A stretch of DNA of 64,000 nucleotides, taken from positions 28,493 to 92,492 of the forward strand of contig CATNCE010000003.1 of assembly GCA_950097225.1 (NCBI GenBank), given 5' to 3'. This DNA is from an uncultured Bacilli bacterium (lineage in GTDB: Bacteria; Bacillota_I; Bacilli_A; RF39; UBA660). Below are positions 38,956 to 47,823 of the stretch, piece by piece; the stretch's first letter is position 1; each line of letters opens with the position of its first letter. A program made the translations under genes and the position numbers. The notes under the pieces are model-generated. The model did no database searches, was not told the origin of the DNA, and worked only from the letters and a program-made list of their open reading frames with translations.

Positions 38956-40108
38956 TTTTCCCTCCTAAAAAAGGTTTAAAATTTATTTTAGAAGGACAAA
39001 TATACGTACATAAGCCACAATTAATGCATTTGCTTCGATCAGCACGTTTATGTTCTTTTATGTATTTAGGATTTAAACCCACAGGACACTTTTCATTACA
39101 TAAGCCACAATTGATACACTTTTTTTCACTAGTAGAACATTCACTATTTAGAAAAATAGAGTCGATATCATTTGTTAAGGGAGTATTAGCTGTAAGAAGT
39201 GTAGTCCCGGCTAGTAGACCATTCTTTACGATATGATATTTTTGTGATTTAATGTTACAACAATTTTTGATGATATCATTTAAAGAAACCCCTATTTTAG
39301 TTTTTATGACTTTGCCAGTTTCGATGGCATCTCCAGAAATAGTTATGTATTTTTCAATAATTGGTCGACGACGCTTTAAGGCGTTATATAAATTTAATAT
39401 ATCGTCGATATTTAAGAATATATATCCTTCTGCCAATTGTTTTTTATTTAAAACAGTTGGTGCTAAAAGTTCTTCTTTACTTATTGGATAAGATTCTGAT
39501 ATAAGTTTTAATTTAATATTGGGATATGTGCCAATATTATTGGTTAGATTGGTAACATTGTTGCTATCGTGATTGCTAATAGTAAAAATGGTAGTGCTAA
39601 TATTAAATGTTGTCACTATTGCATCGATAGTTTCTAGCAATTTACTACAATATTTATTTATAATAGTGCTATATGTTTTTTCGAACGGGTCAGAATCAAT
39701 CCCATTTATAATGATATTCTTTTTAGCATAATTTATCTCAGCTAAAAAAGGACAGTAGGTGCTAATAATATCATATAGTTCTGTTTGGGAATACTCATTG
39801 ATATATTTAACACATCCCTTTTTGTTTTTAATTTTCTCACGAAAGTCATTTTCAATTGCTAGGCAAGGTGTCGTCTGATTATTGATAACTAAAGTATTTA
39901 TTTTCCCAATAATTTTTCCAGAAACAGGACTAAAAATTGTTTTTTCTCCGAATTTTAAAACAGGATCTTCCTTATAGATAGTATCCCCTATCTCGGGAAT
40001 AATTTTAACATTTTCGTCAAGTGGGAAATAAATATAATCAGGATTTAAATACTCTTCAACTTCCGGTAAAATAGTAAAATTATTTTTTATGGTTACTGTT
40101 TTATTCAT
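38948..40108 (-). CDS. RnfC-like protein with 2x[4Fe-4S] ferredoxin motifs (divergent and short)
   Basis: The N-terminal barrel-like segment is IGDTIYKEDPVL...FSPVSGKIIGKI, followed by INGIDSDPFE and two CxxCxxCxxxCP motifs (CINCGLCNEKCP and CINCGLCTYICP). Confidence 0.6.
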   Translation of the reverse strand: MNKTVTIKNNFTILPEVEEYLNPDYIYFPLDENVKIIPEIGDTIYKEDPVLKFGEKTIFSPVSGKIIGKINTLVINNQTTPCLAIENDFREKIKNKKGCVKYINEYSQTELYDIISTYCPFLAEINYAKKNIIINGIDSDPFEKTYSTIINKYCSKLLETIDAIVTTFNISTTIFTISNHDSNNVTNLTNNIGTYPNIKLKLISESYPISKEELLAPTVLNKKQLAEGYIFLNIDDILNLYNALKRRRPIIEKYITISGDAIETGKVIKTKIGVSLNDIIKNCCNIKSQKYHIVKNGLLAGTTLLTANTPLTNDIDSIFLNSECSTSEKKCINCGLCNEKCPVGLNPKYIKEHKRADRSKCINCGLCTYICPSKINFKPFLGGKNE

Positions 40109-40116
40109 ATTTGCCT

Positions 40117-41010
40117 CTATTTATGATAATAAGCAAGGATGTCTTCGTATAAGTGAGAATTAAAGCTCTTATTTTTTATCATTTCAATTTCTTGTTTGTA
40201 TGGAGCATAATCTTTATTTACGTAAGGAGTTTCTAATATTTTGGGAACACTTTCTAAACGAGGGTTATAAATTACACTCATTAATTTATCAAAGCCAATT
40301 GTACCAAAGCCAATATTTTCGTGACGGTCCTTATGAGAGTTTATTGGGTTTTTAGAATCATTGACATGAATGCAACCAATCTTGTTTATTCCGATCTCTT
40401 TATCAAACTCATCAAGATAAGCATCGAATTCACCGATTTCAATACCTGAGTCGTTTAAATGACAGGTATCAATACATACCCCTATCTTATCTTGGTATGC
40501 AATATTAGATATTATTTCTTTTAATTCTTTAATATTGATTCCTAGTTCAGTTCCTTTGCCGGCCATAGTTTCAAGGAGAATAACAATATTATCTTCGGCT
40601 AACAAAATGTTATTAAGACTTCTAATAATGTTTTTAATAGCATAGTCACGATCTAGTTTTGTTGCACTTCCTGGGTGTAATACAATATATTTAACGCCAA
40701 GAGTGATGCAGCGGTCGATCTCTTTACGAAGGAAATCTTGAGCAAAAAGAAATTTCTCGTTATCTTGATCATTAGCTAAATTAACGATGTATGGAGCATG
40801 ACATATAACGTGTTCTAAGGCAATATTATTATCTTTTAAAATATTTAAAGCCTCATAAGTTTTTAAATCATCTATTACACCACGCATAGTATTTTGCGGA
40901 GCTCCTGTATAGAACATGAAGGCATTAGCTCCATATGATAAAGCCTCTTTAACGCTTCCGATTAATTGTGTATCATTTTTATAGGATACATGACTACCTA
41001 TTATTAACAT
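40117..41010 (-). CDS. nfo: Endonuclease IV
   Basis: IGSHVS, FMFYTGAPQN, HAPYIVNLA, VLHPGS, LETMAGKGTE, CIDTCH and HVNDSK match the Nfo metal-site blocks. Confidence 0.9.
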   Translation of the reverse strand: MLIIGSHVSYKNDTQLIGSVKEALSYGANAFMFYTGAPQNTMRGVIDDLKTYEALNILKDNNIALEHVICHAPYIVNLANDQDNEKFLFAQDFLRKEIDRCITLGVKYIVLHPGSATKLDRDYAIKNIIRSLNNILLAEDNIVILLETMAGKGTELGINIKELKEIISNIAYQDKIGVCIDTCHLNDSGIEIGEFDAYLDEFDKEIGINKIGCIHVNDSKNPINSHKDRHENIGFGTIGFDKLMSVIYNPRLESVPKILETPYVNKDYAPYKQEIEMIKNKSFNSHLYEDILAYYHK

Positions 41011-41087
41011 ATTACCACCTAAATTAGATTATACCATAATTAAAGCAACTATTATAGTTGCTTTATGTTTTTTTAATTTGTTTTTTA

Positions 41088-41597
41088 TTATGGTGCTTGA
41101 ATTAACCAACCATTTCTTGTATAACAAGATGTTCCACCAGCATTATGACATGCAGTGTATGGATGATCAGCTGGAGTTGTTCCCTTACCATATGTAGTTA
41201 TTTGTGGAGTGCTTGGTGTAGGCATTCCGTAGTCATTAATATTGTAGTTGTGTAAGATGTAGTTATCATCATATAATTCGATAATATATTTTACATCATC
41301 AACATCCATGGCATTAACTATTACGAATCCTTTATATGAGCCAGTTCCTGAATATCCTAAATCTTTTTGAATATCATATACATAGAATCCTGCTCCTGCT
41401 ATTGCTCCACTGTTAGAGTCATATACATATTGCTCTTGAGTATTTAAAACTACTTTTTGAGCATACATAGAAAACGACTTCTTACGAGCTTGGTTCATTA
41501 CATCTAGAACCGATGGAATAGCCAAAATCATTATAATAGCAAGTACAACGATAACTGCTAATAACTCAACTAAGGTAAAACCATTTTTCTTCTTCAT
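41088..41597 (-). CDS. Type IV pilin / pseudopilin-like protein (169 aa), candidate major subunit
   Basis: The class III signal reads MKKKNG|FTLVELLAVIVVLAIIMILAIPS, with G at -1, F at +1 and E at +5. The start is the ATG at 41595-41597. Confidence 0.75.
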   Translation of the reverse strand: MKKKNGFTLVELLAVIVVLAIIMILAIPSVLDVMNQARKKSFSMYAQKVVLNTQEQYVYDSNSGAIAGAGFYVYDIQKDLGYSGTGSYKGFVIVNAMDVDDVKYIIELYDDNYILHNYNINDYGMPTPSTPQITTYGKGTTPADHPYTACHNAGGTSCYTRNGWLIQAP

Positions 41598-41677
41598 AAT
41601 TCTTCCTCTTTCTATCATAATTTTATTATATATTTGAATACTATTTTAGTCAATATCATTTGTATTTATTTGACAAT

Positions 41678-43852
41678 CTAGACAATATTATCTTTTTGGT
41701 CATTTTCTGCGTTTTCGCTTTTATTTTTCTTTTTAATGACACTTAATTTTTGATGTTTATTAGCACGAATGATTATTAAACTCATAACAAGTATTACGCC
41801 TAAAACGATGGCGATATTGCGCAAGTACTTAGTTCTTGCTGAAGTCTTACGCGAATATCTTATAGTAATTTTATATGTTTTCTTATAATAACCATTTGGA
41901 CTTATTACATCAATTTCAACTACACTTCCATCTTGAAGATTTTCATTACCATTAACGGATGTTAAGGCAGCTTTAGCCATAGGCTCAATACTTAGGAGTA
42001 AATCGTCTAAAGTAAATACGGTTAAATCGTACTCATAAGTATTTGGATCAAAGGCAAATGAGTAGCCTGATGCCGTTAGAAGACGAAGTTGAGCATTTGA
42101 TTCATCAAGGGAAGGATCAGGTAATCCTGAGTCCGGATCCCAATCTGGCTCAACAGGTTTGGTTGCTAAAGTCACTTTATTTCCTTGAACATCTAGGCGG
42201 CTAACGACAATGCGATAAGTATTTTCTTTTTCTGTCGTCGCATTTTTAAGTTTGATTAATACGACATTATCCCCTACTTTTAAATCTGTATTACCAGTTA
42301 TCTCAACTGATGTTACATCTGGTGTACGAGCAACAGCATGAACTCCTATACTGGTTTGACTATTTGGAACATTTATTTCATAACTGAAACGAATTGAGAT
42401 GAATGGTAGCGCATAACCATCAACACTTAAATTCTCTAAAAGAATGGTATCATCAGTTAGATCGACTGGTTTAGTAGTGGTTGTATAATCAGTTGTTATT
42501 TGTTCATTCGCTGTAGTTGTTTCTTGAGTATAGGTTCCACGAGTTGTTGATGTATTTGTTTCATGTGAATATGTTGGATTTGTTGTTGGCGGTGTTGTTT
42601 GATGCGTATACGTTTGTGTTGATGTTGAAGTGTTATTTCCTGTATATGTATATGTTTCACGAGTATCTGCTGTTGTATTATCATGGATATAAGTTTGTGT
42701 CGTTGATGTTGAAGTGGCTGATTCATTAAGACGCCATTTAGCATATAAGTACACGTTTTCATAACCGATGACGCATCCTGCAGTATCCTTTTTCTCGACT
42801 TTTTCAACACGATTAGATTGATTTCCGCTTAGTTGTTTATTAAATGCTTTGTCATAATACCAGCCATCAAATACGTAACCTTTCTTCGTTGGTGATGGAA
42901 TTGTAGTATTAGCTTGACATCCTACGCATTGATTTATGACATTGTTGATATTTGGTGCGAATTCTCCACTGTTGGCATTTAAGACAATATTGAAATTCTT
43001 AGCAGAATCTGGAACGGCTGGACAATTACGATTAACTGTCGTTGTTGTATTTTTATTAACTCTAGTTGTCTTAGTCGTTGTTGTTCCTTTATAAGTTACT
43101 GGATCCCCCGCCTTACAAGTTGGAGAGGCAATCGCCATAGGATTAACTTTAATAGTTTTAGATTTTTCTTTGAATTTGTCGATACTCTTGTAAAAAGCAG
43201 TTTTGGTAGCTTGATTTTCGTCATTAAGGTTGACGTTTTCAACTCCAAAATCACGACTCTTCATGGTTACGATAACATCATAATCATAATCGGTTACAAT
43301 GTTAGCTGCTGCTCCATAAGATTGGCACTTTTTAGCAGAATTTACTAATTTCCCGTTTTCGCCATATTGGTATAAGGCACACATAGTTTGGTTCTCACCG
43401 ATAGTTTGAGTTATGGTGATAATTTTAGCTCCCTCTGGAAAACTGTAGGATGTATCTGGCGTACACGTACTGCCTTGAGCAATACAATAACGCACATATT
43501 CGATAGTTTTAGATGATGACAAGGAAACTGTGGCACTTTTCTTTTTGGAATCATTAATGGCGCGGCGATTGACTTTAACCCATCCTTCAAAGTCTCCTGT
43601 ATTTTTTATATCTAAATCGGTGCTAATATCATACACATTACAATCATTATTGACTGTGTTATCATCCATATCCTGTGTATATTTGGCAATGGCTTTACTT
43701 TGTAGGCTTTGTGCGTACTGATAAAAAGTTTCTTTTTTAGCTTTGTTGGCTGTCTCTAAGATGGATGGTATGGAAATAATTAGTATCAAAGCTAAGATGA
43801 CGATAACTGCTAGCAATTCCACTAAAGTAAAACCCTTATTATGTTTCTTCAT
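41678..43852 (-). CDS. Giant prepilin-type protein (724 aa): class III signal, Listeria-Bacteroides B-repeat, Thr-rich stalk, two cadherin-like domains and a C-terminal TM anchor
   Basis: The signal reads MKKHNKG|FTLVELLAVIVILALILIISIPS. The B-repeat reads KKGYVFDGWYYDKAFNKQL...VYLYAKW. A T-rich tract is encoded at about 42490-42733. Cadherin-like units begin LENLSVDGYALPF... and LRLLTASGYSFAFDPNTYEYDLTV.... The TM segment is NIAIVLGVILVMSLIII. The start was chosen at 43850-43852 because a sigma-A promoter lies at 43880-43908. Confidence 0.7.
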   Translation of the reverse strand: MKKHNKGFTLVELLAVIVILALILIISIPSILETANKAKKETFYQYAQSLQSKAIAKYTQDMDDNTVNNDCNVYDISTDLDIKNTGDFEGWVKVNRRAINDSKKKSATVSLSSSKTIEYVRYCIAQGSTCTPDTSYSFPEGAKIITITQTIGENQTMCALYQYGENGKLVNSAKKCQSYGAAANIVTDYDYDVIVTMKSRDFGVENVNLNDENQATKTAFYKSIDKFKEKSKTIKVNPMAIASPTCKAGDPVTYKGTTTTKTTRVNKNTTTTVNRNCPAVPDSAKNFNIVLNANSGEFAPNINNVINQCVGCQANTTIPSPTKKGYVFDGWYYDKAFNKQLSGNQSNRVEKVEKKDTAGCVIGYENVYLYAKWRLNESATSTSTTQTYIHDNTTADTRETYTYTGNNTSTSTQTYTHQTTPPTTNPTYSHETNTSTTRGTYTQETTTANEQITTDYTTTTKPVDLTDDTILLENLSVDGYALPFISIRFSYEINVPNSQTSIGVHAVARTPDVTSVEITGNTDLKVGDNVVLIKLKNATTEKENTYRIVVSRLDVQGNKVTLATKPVEPDWDPDSGLPDPSLDESNAQLRLLTASGYSFAFDPNTYEYDLTVFTLDDLLLSIEPMAKAALTSVNGNENLQDGSVVEIDVISPNGYYKKTYKITIRYSRKTSARTKYLRNIAIVLGVILVMSLIIIRANKHQKLSVIKKKNKSENAENDQKDNIV

Positions 43853-43879
43853 ATCTCTTACCCTCTCTATTATATTTTT

Positions 43880-43908
43880 ATTATAGTTTATTATCTTTTT
43901 TTTTTCAA
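43880..43908 (-). promoter_or_regulatory. Sigma-A promoter of the pilin operon, containing an A10 homopolymer
   Basis: The minus strand reads TTGAAA, a 17-nt spacer, then TATAAT. The -35 box and the first 7 spacer nt are part of a run of 10 A (plus-strand T10 at 43896-43905). Confidence 0.5.
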
Positions 43909-43929
43909 TATAAAAGGAATAATTATTCA

Positions 43930-44151
43930 TTATTCCATCATCTTTATGACATTTGATATTAGTTCTGCATTGTCAATGGCGTTATTGATTTTATCGAAAT
44001 GATTACTACGATTATATTTTTTATACTCACTTAATAATTCATCATAATATTTGGGGTTACGATTTAATTTTATATAATAGTAAGAGTGTTCTTTTAAATA
44101 GCGATGAAGTTTTTCATTCTCTTTAATTTTCAATGCTAGACTTACTTCCAT
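43930..44151 (-). CDS. ylbE: YlbE-like protein
   Basis: A 73-aa ORF. ...LHRYLKEHSYYYIKLNRNP..YDELLSEYKKY... fits the YlbE pattern (F.RE.P.WYR.LSR.P), and it is paired with ylbD. Confidence 0.6.
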   Translation of the reverse strand: MEVSLALKIKENEKLHRYLKEHSYYYIKLNRNPKYYDELLSEYKKYNRSNHFDKINNAIDNAELISNVIKMME

Positions 44152-44484
44152 TTAATCACCATATATTTTATTAATAGGATTTTCAACACTTATGGTTGCC
44201 TCTGGTGTTTTCTTGGTTAGTTCTTGAATTATGCCAATTACTTTTTGAGCGTTATTAACGTGGTGCTCAATTGAGTCAATATTGATATTTTTTAAAATAC
44301 TTCCTAGTTCTTTAATACGAGAGTCATCCTCCTCTACAAAATATTTACTCCAGGTCTTATCATCTTCTCCATATATGTCATAAATTTGATAAAAGTCTTG
44401 AAAAGTCATCTCTTTATTTTTTACGTATTTTAATAGTTCAGGATGTTTACCAATAAATTCTTTGAAATTTGCTTTTTTATCCAT
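44152..44484 (-). CDS. ylbD: YlbD-like (putative spore-coat-associated) protein
   Basis: FKEFIGKHPELLKYVKNKEMTFQDFYQIYDIYGEDDKTWSKY parallels B. subtilis YlbD FKEFVKKHPKMIQEVRNGKKTWQEFYEDWYLLGEDDDMWSDY, which I quote from memory. Confidence 0.7.
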   Translation of the reverse strand: MDKKANFKEFIGKHPELLKYVKNKEMTFQDFYQIYDIYGEDDKTWSKYFVEEDDSRIKELGSILKNINIDSIEHHVNNAQKVIGIIQELTKKTPEATISVENPINKIYGD

Positions 44485-44532
44485 ATAAAAACCACCTATT
44501 AATATATATTAATAAGCGGCTTAATTTATACA

Positions 44533-47016
44533 TTATATTTTAAAGTCATCGATAAATTCTTCTTTAGTGGTTGTTTTTTTCGCGTCCACTTTTTTATCCG
44601 CGATTTTTTCAATCTCAGTGAATTTGAAAGCATGATCAAATTTCTTTTTGGCTATAGCACTGCCAGTTGAGGCTAAATCCATGATTGGAATATCGGTATT
44701 TTTTACAATGCCAACATCTTCTAAATAGGAAAGCCCGATGGTATCTTTAGTATTAGTTATCAAGGCATTAAGTATTTCATAATTCGTCGTTTTAACTTTC
44801 TTCATTATCGTGCTTCCACGTTTAGCACGCGATAATGCCACAAGATCACCTAATTTAACACGTTTAGCCGTTTTTTGATTAGTAAATACGTCTAAGTATT
44901 CATCAGTTTCATTATAAGTTAGTCCAGATGTCACTTCATCGTCTTTTAAGTTAATGCCTTTTACACCACTAGCTTTACTAGATGCATATGGTATTTCCTC
45001 AGTCTTGTATGATAGATAATAGCCAGTCTTAGTAACAATCAATGTATTATCTTTAGTTGATACAATATTGACAATTTCATCGTCGTCTTTTAATTTCATA
45101 GCTGTATATGACTTTGTATAACGGAAAACAATGAAATCCGACAATTTGGTCTGTTTAACCATTCCAGTTTTGGTAAACATGACAACAGAACCTTCGCAAG
45201 CTGATTCATTAATAATGTATGAGGCAATTACTGCATCATCGGGAGGAATGGTAACTAAGTTACTTACGTGTTTTCCTAAATCTTTCCACTTACACCAAGG
45301 GATATCGTTAACAGGAATATATATGTAGTTGCCTTTTTTGGTAAATATAATCATTTTATTTAGTGTAGTAGTATCGTATATGCTAATTGGATAGTCCCCT
45401 GGTTTAACGGCTGTTTCATCTCCGTTTGCCGATGCATAAGATTTCATTGGGACTTTCTTTATATAACCCTCATTTGTTAAAACAATAACGACATTTTCTT
45501 TGATGATTAAATCCTCTGCAGAAATAGAAATATCTTTGATAGTAGCTGATACTTCGGTTTTACGAGGAAGCGCATATTCTTTTTTTATGCGTTTTAATTC
45601 ATCTTTAACGATACCAGATAGTTTTTCTTCACTACCCAAAATAGCTTCTAAACCTGCAATGATCTTATTAAGAGCGGCTAGACGTTCTTTAAGATCGATT
45701 ATATCTGTATTGGTTAATTTATATAGTTGCAATGTTAAAATTACTTCGGCTTGTTCGGCAGTAAAGTCATACTTACTAATTAAATTCTCTTTGGCATCCT
45801 TTTTGTTTTGACTACCACGAATAGTTGCGATTACTTCATCAAGGATACTAATGGCTTTTACTAATCCTTCAGTTAATCTAATCTCTTTTTTAGCTACATT
45901 TAAATCATATTCACTGCGCTTGCGAATAACTGTCTTGATATGAACGATGTAGGCATCTATTAGAGGCACTATACCTAATAATTTAGGACGGCGATTAACG
46001 ATTGCTACCATGTTGTAGTTGTAATTAGCTTGGCAATCGGTATTTTTAAGTAAATAGTTCATGATTAAATTCTTATCAGCACCAGATTTTAAATCAATAA
46101 CTATACGAACTTTAGCATCTTTATCGGATTCGTCACGAACCTCGGCAATACCAGCAATTTTATTATCAAGACGAATATCGTCAATGCGCTTTACTAGTTG
46201 TTGTTTATTGACTTCAAAAGGAATTTCACTGATGATTATTTGTTCTTTTCCTTTGTTTTTTTCAAACGTGTAACGACAACTAACTACGACTTTTCCACGT
46301 CCAGTTTCAAAGGCTTGACGAATACCATCTAATCCTTCGATAATTCCCCCAGTTGGGAAATCTGGCCCTTTAACGATCTCTAAAATGGTATCTAACCTGC
46401 AATTAGGAGAATCTATACGTTTTATCGTTGCATCAATTATCTCCCCTAAATTATGAGGAGGAATATTAGTTGCATATCCAGCGGATATTCCTGTTGATCC
46501 ATTTACTAATAAATTAGGGAATTTAGCTGGTAAAACGGTTGGTTCTAAGATGGTATCAGAGTAATTCAATACCATTGGAATAGTCTCTTTATCGATGTCT
46601 TTTAATAGTTCATCAGCAAGTTTAGCTAGACGAGTTTCTGTATAACGCATGGCAGCTGGTTGGTCTCCATCAATGGATCCGTTGTTGCCATCAACTTCAA
46701 TTAGCATGTGACTTTGCTTCCAATCTTGGCTCATACGAACTAAAGCTTCATATACAGAGGTATCTCCATGGGGATGAAATTTACCTAAGACATTTCCAAC
46801 TGCATTAGCACATTTTTTGAACGCTTTATCATGAGTATTATGGTCAATAAACATAGCATATATAATACGACGTTGAACAGGCTTTAAGCCATCGCGAACA
46901 TCAGGAATTGCACGATCTTGGATGATATATTTGGAGTACCTTCCAAAACAGCGCCCCATTATCTCCTCTATTGCATAATTATGAATTTTGCTTATTGCTT
47001 CTTGTGTATCGTTCAT
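44533..47016 (-). CDS. parC: DNA topoisomerase IV subunit A
   Basis: The N-terminus FGRYSKYIIQDRAIPDVRDGLKPVQRRIIYAM is ParC-type rather than the GyrA type (YAMSVI..RALPDVRDGLKPVHRR). The catalytic AAMRYTE is present. No parE gene is adjacent. Confidence 0.85.
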   Translation of the reverse strand: MNDTQEAISKIHNYAIEEIMGRCFGRYSKYIIQDRAIPDVRDGLKPVQRRIIYAMFIDHNTHDKAFKKCANAVGNVLGKFHPHGDTSVYEALVRMSQDWKQSHMLIEVDGNNGSIDGDQPAAMRYTETRLAKLADELLKDIDKETIPMVLNYSDTILEPTVLPAKFPNLLVNGSTGISAGYATNIPPHNLGEIIDATIKRIDSPNCRLDTILEIVKGPDFPTGGIIEGLDGIRQAFETGRGKVVVSCRYTFEKNKGKEQIIISEIPFEVNKQQLVKRIDDIRLDNKIAGIAEVRDESDKDAKVRIVIDLKSGADKNLIMNYLLKNTDCQANYNYNMVAIVNRRPKLLGIVPLIDAYIVHIKTVIRKRSEYDLNVAKKEIRLTEGLVKAISILDEVIATIRGSQNKKDAKENLISKYDFTAEQAEVILTLQLYKLTNTDIIDLKERLAALNKIIAGLEAILGSEEKLSGIVKDELKRIKKEYALPRKTEVSATIKDISISAEDLIIKENVVIVLTNEGYIKKVPMKSYASANGDETAVKPGDYPISIYDTTTLNKMIIFTKKGNYIYIPVNDIPWCKWKDLGKHVSNLVTIPPDDAVIASYIINESACEGSVVMFTKTGMVKQTKLSDFIVFRYTKSYTAMKLKDDDEIVNIVSTKDNTLIVTKTGYYLSYKTEEIPYASSKASGVKGINLKDDEVTSGLTYNETDEYLDVFTNQKTAKRVKLGDLVALSRAKRGSTIMKKVKTTNYEILNALITNTKDTIGLSYLEDVGIVKNTDIPIMDLASTGSAIAKKKFDHAFKFTEIEKIADKKVDAKKTTTKEEFIDDFKI

Positions 47017-47094
47017 ATTATCACCTAACTCATTATAACATAAATATTTTATTTGTGGCGAAAATTAGACATTTTTTAGACAGTAAATATCGGA

Positions 47095-47127
47095 GCAATA
47101 AAAAATATCCTAGCATCCAGGATATCT
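47095..47127 (-). terminator. Terminator after trmB
   Basis: The hairpin is atatcct / aggatat, with an A-run on the plus strand before it. Confidence 0.55.
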
Positions 47128-47128
47128 T

Positions 47129-47773
47129 TTAATCTTTAAATATAGCATCGACATAGTATATTGGTCGTTTTTCTTTAATGTATTGACGTTCAAAATCAGT
47201 AGCTACTTCTTCATCTTCGATACGACGTTCATCATTATGCAAGTCTAGACTGACTTTAGTGAAGGTATACCAATAATCACTTAAAGACTCTAGAGCTGAT
47301 GCAAATAAAATCTTATTGTCAGTTTTCATTATGATATGTTTATTCTTTTTATAGATGCGATCATATAGTTTTAAATAGTTAGTAGATGTAAAACGCTTTT
47401 TAGCATCTTTTTCTTTAGGCCACGGCTCTGAAAATGTCAAATATATGGTATCAATTTCTTTGCCAAACATATCGATAATGGTCGCAGCATCAGCACAGAT
47501 CATCTTTAAATTAGATAGTTTTTCTTTTTCAACATTTTTAACAGCTGTTGCTGTTTGATTAATATCTAATTCTAGACCTATATAATTGGTATTTGGATGT
47601 TTTTTTGCCATTTCGATAATAAAAGATCCCCTACCCATTCCTAGTTCTAGACATATAGGATTTTTATTACCAAATACTTCATGCCATTTATTCTTATAAT
47701 TATTAGGATTCTTAATTAAATACCCACTTGAACCAACTATTGCTTGGGCATTTTTTACAACATTATAGCGCAT
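47129..47773 (-). CDS. trmB: tRNA (guanine46-N7)-methyltransferase
   Basis: NYKNKWHEVFGNKNPICLELGMGRGSFIIEMAKKHPNTNYIGLEL...LTFSEPWPKEKDAKKR matches TrmB. Confidence 0.9.
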   Translation of the reverse strand: MRYNVVKNAQAIVGSSGYLIKNPNNYKNKWHEVFGNKNPICLELGMGRGSFIIEMAKKHPNTNYIGLELDINQTATAVKNVEKEKLSNLKMICADAATIIDMFGKEIDTIYLTFSEPWPKEKDAKKRFTSTNYLKLYDRIYKKNKHIIMKTDNKILFASALESLSDYWYTFTKVSLDLHNDERRIEDEEVATDFERQYIKEKRPIYYVDAIFKD

Positions 47774-47823
47774 AAGACACCACCTTTCTTAGAATTATAA
47801 CATAGTTAATCTATTCTAACAAG

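Noticed and set aside
41011-41087. Hairpin aaagcaact/agttgcttt considered as the terminator of the pilin operon.
   Set aside because: The T-run follows the hairpin on the plus strand, not on the minus (coding) strand. It may still pause or terminate transcription, but I cannot support it as a canonical terminator. The pilin operon may read through into nfo.
42496-42810. Alternative-frame ORFs (a 104-aa H/Q-rich ORF on the minus strand and a 70-aa ORF on the plus strand) inside the giant pilin gene.
   Set aside because: They coincide with the Thr-rich ACN-codon tract and are frame artefacts of a compositionally biased repeat.
43853-43930. A 26-codon N-terminal extension of the giant pilin (ORF-track start at 43930).
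   Set aside because: A canonical promoter (43880-43908) lies inside this extension. The downstream ATG at 43852 has a better SD and gives a normal short prepilin leader.
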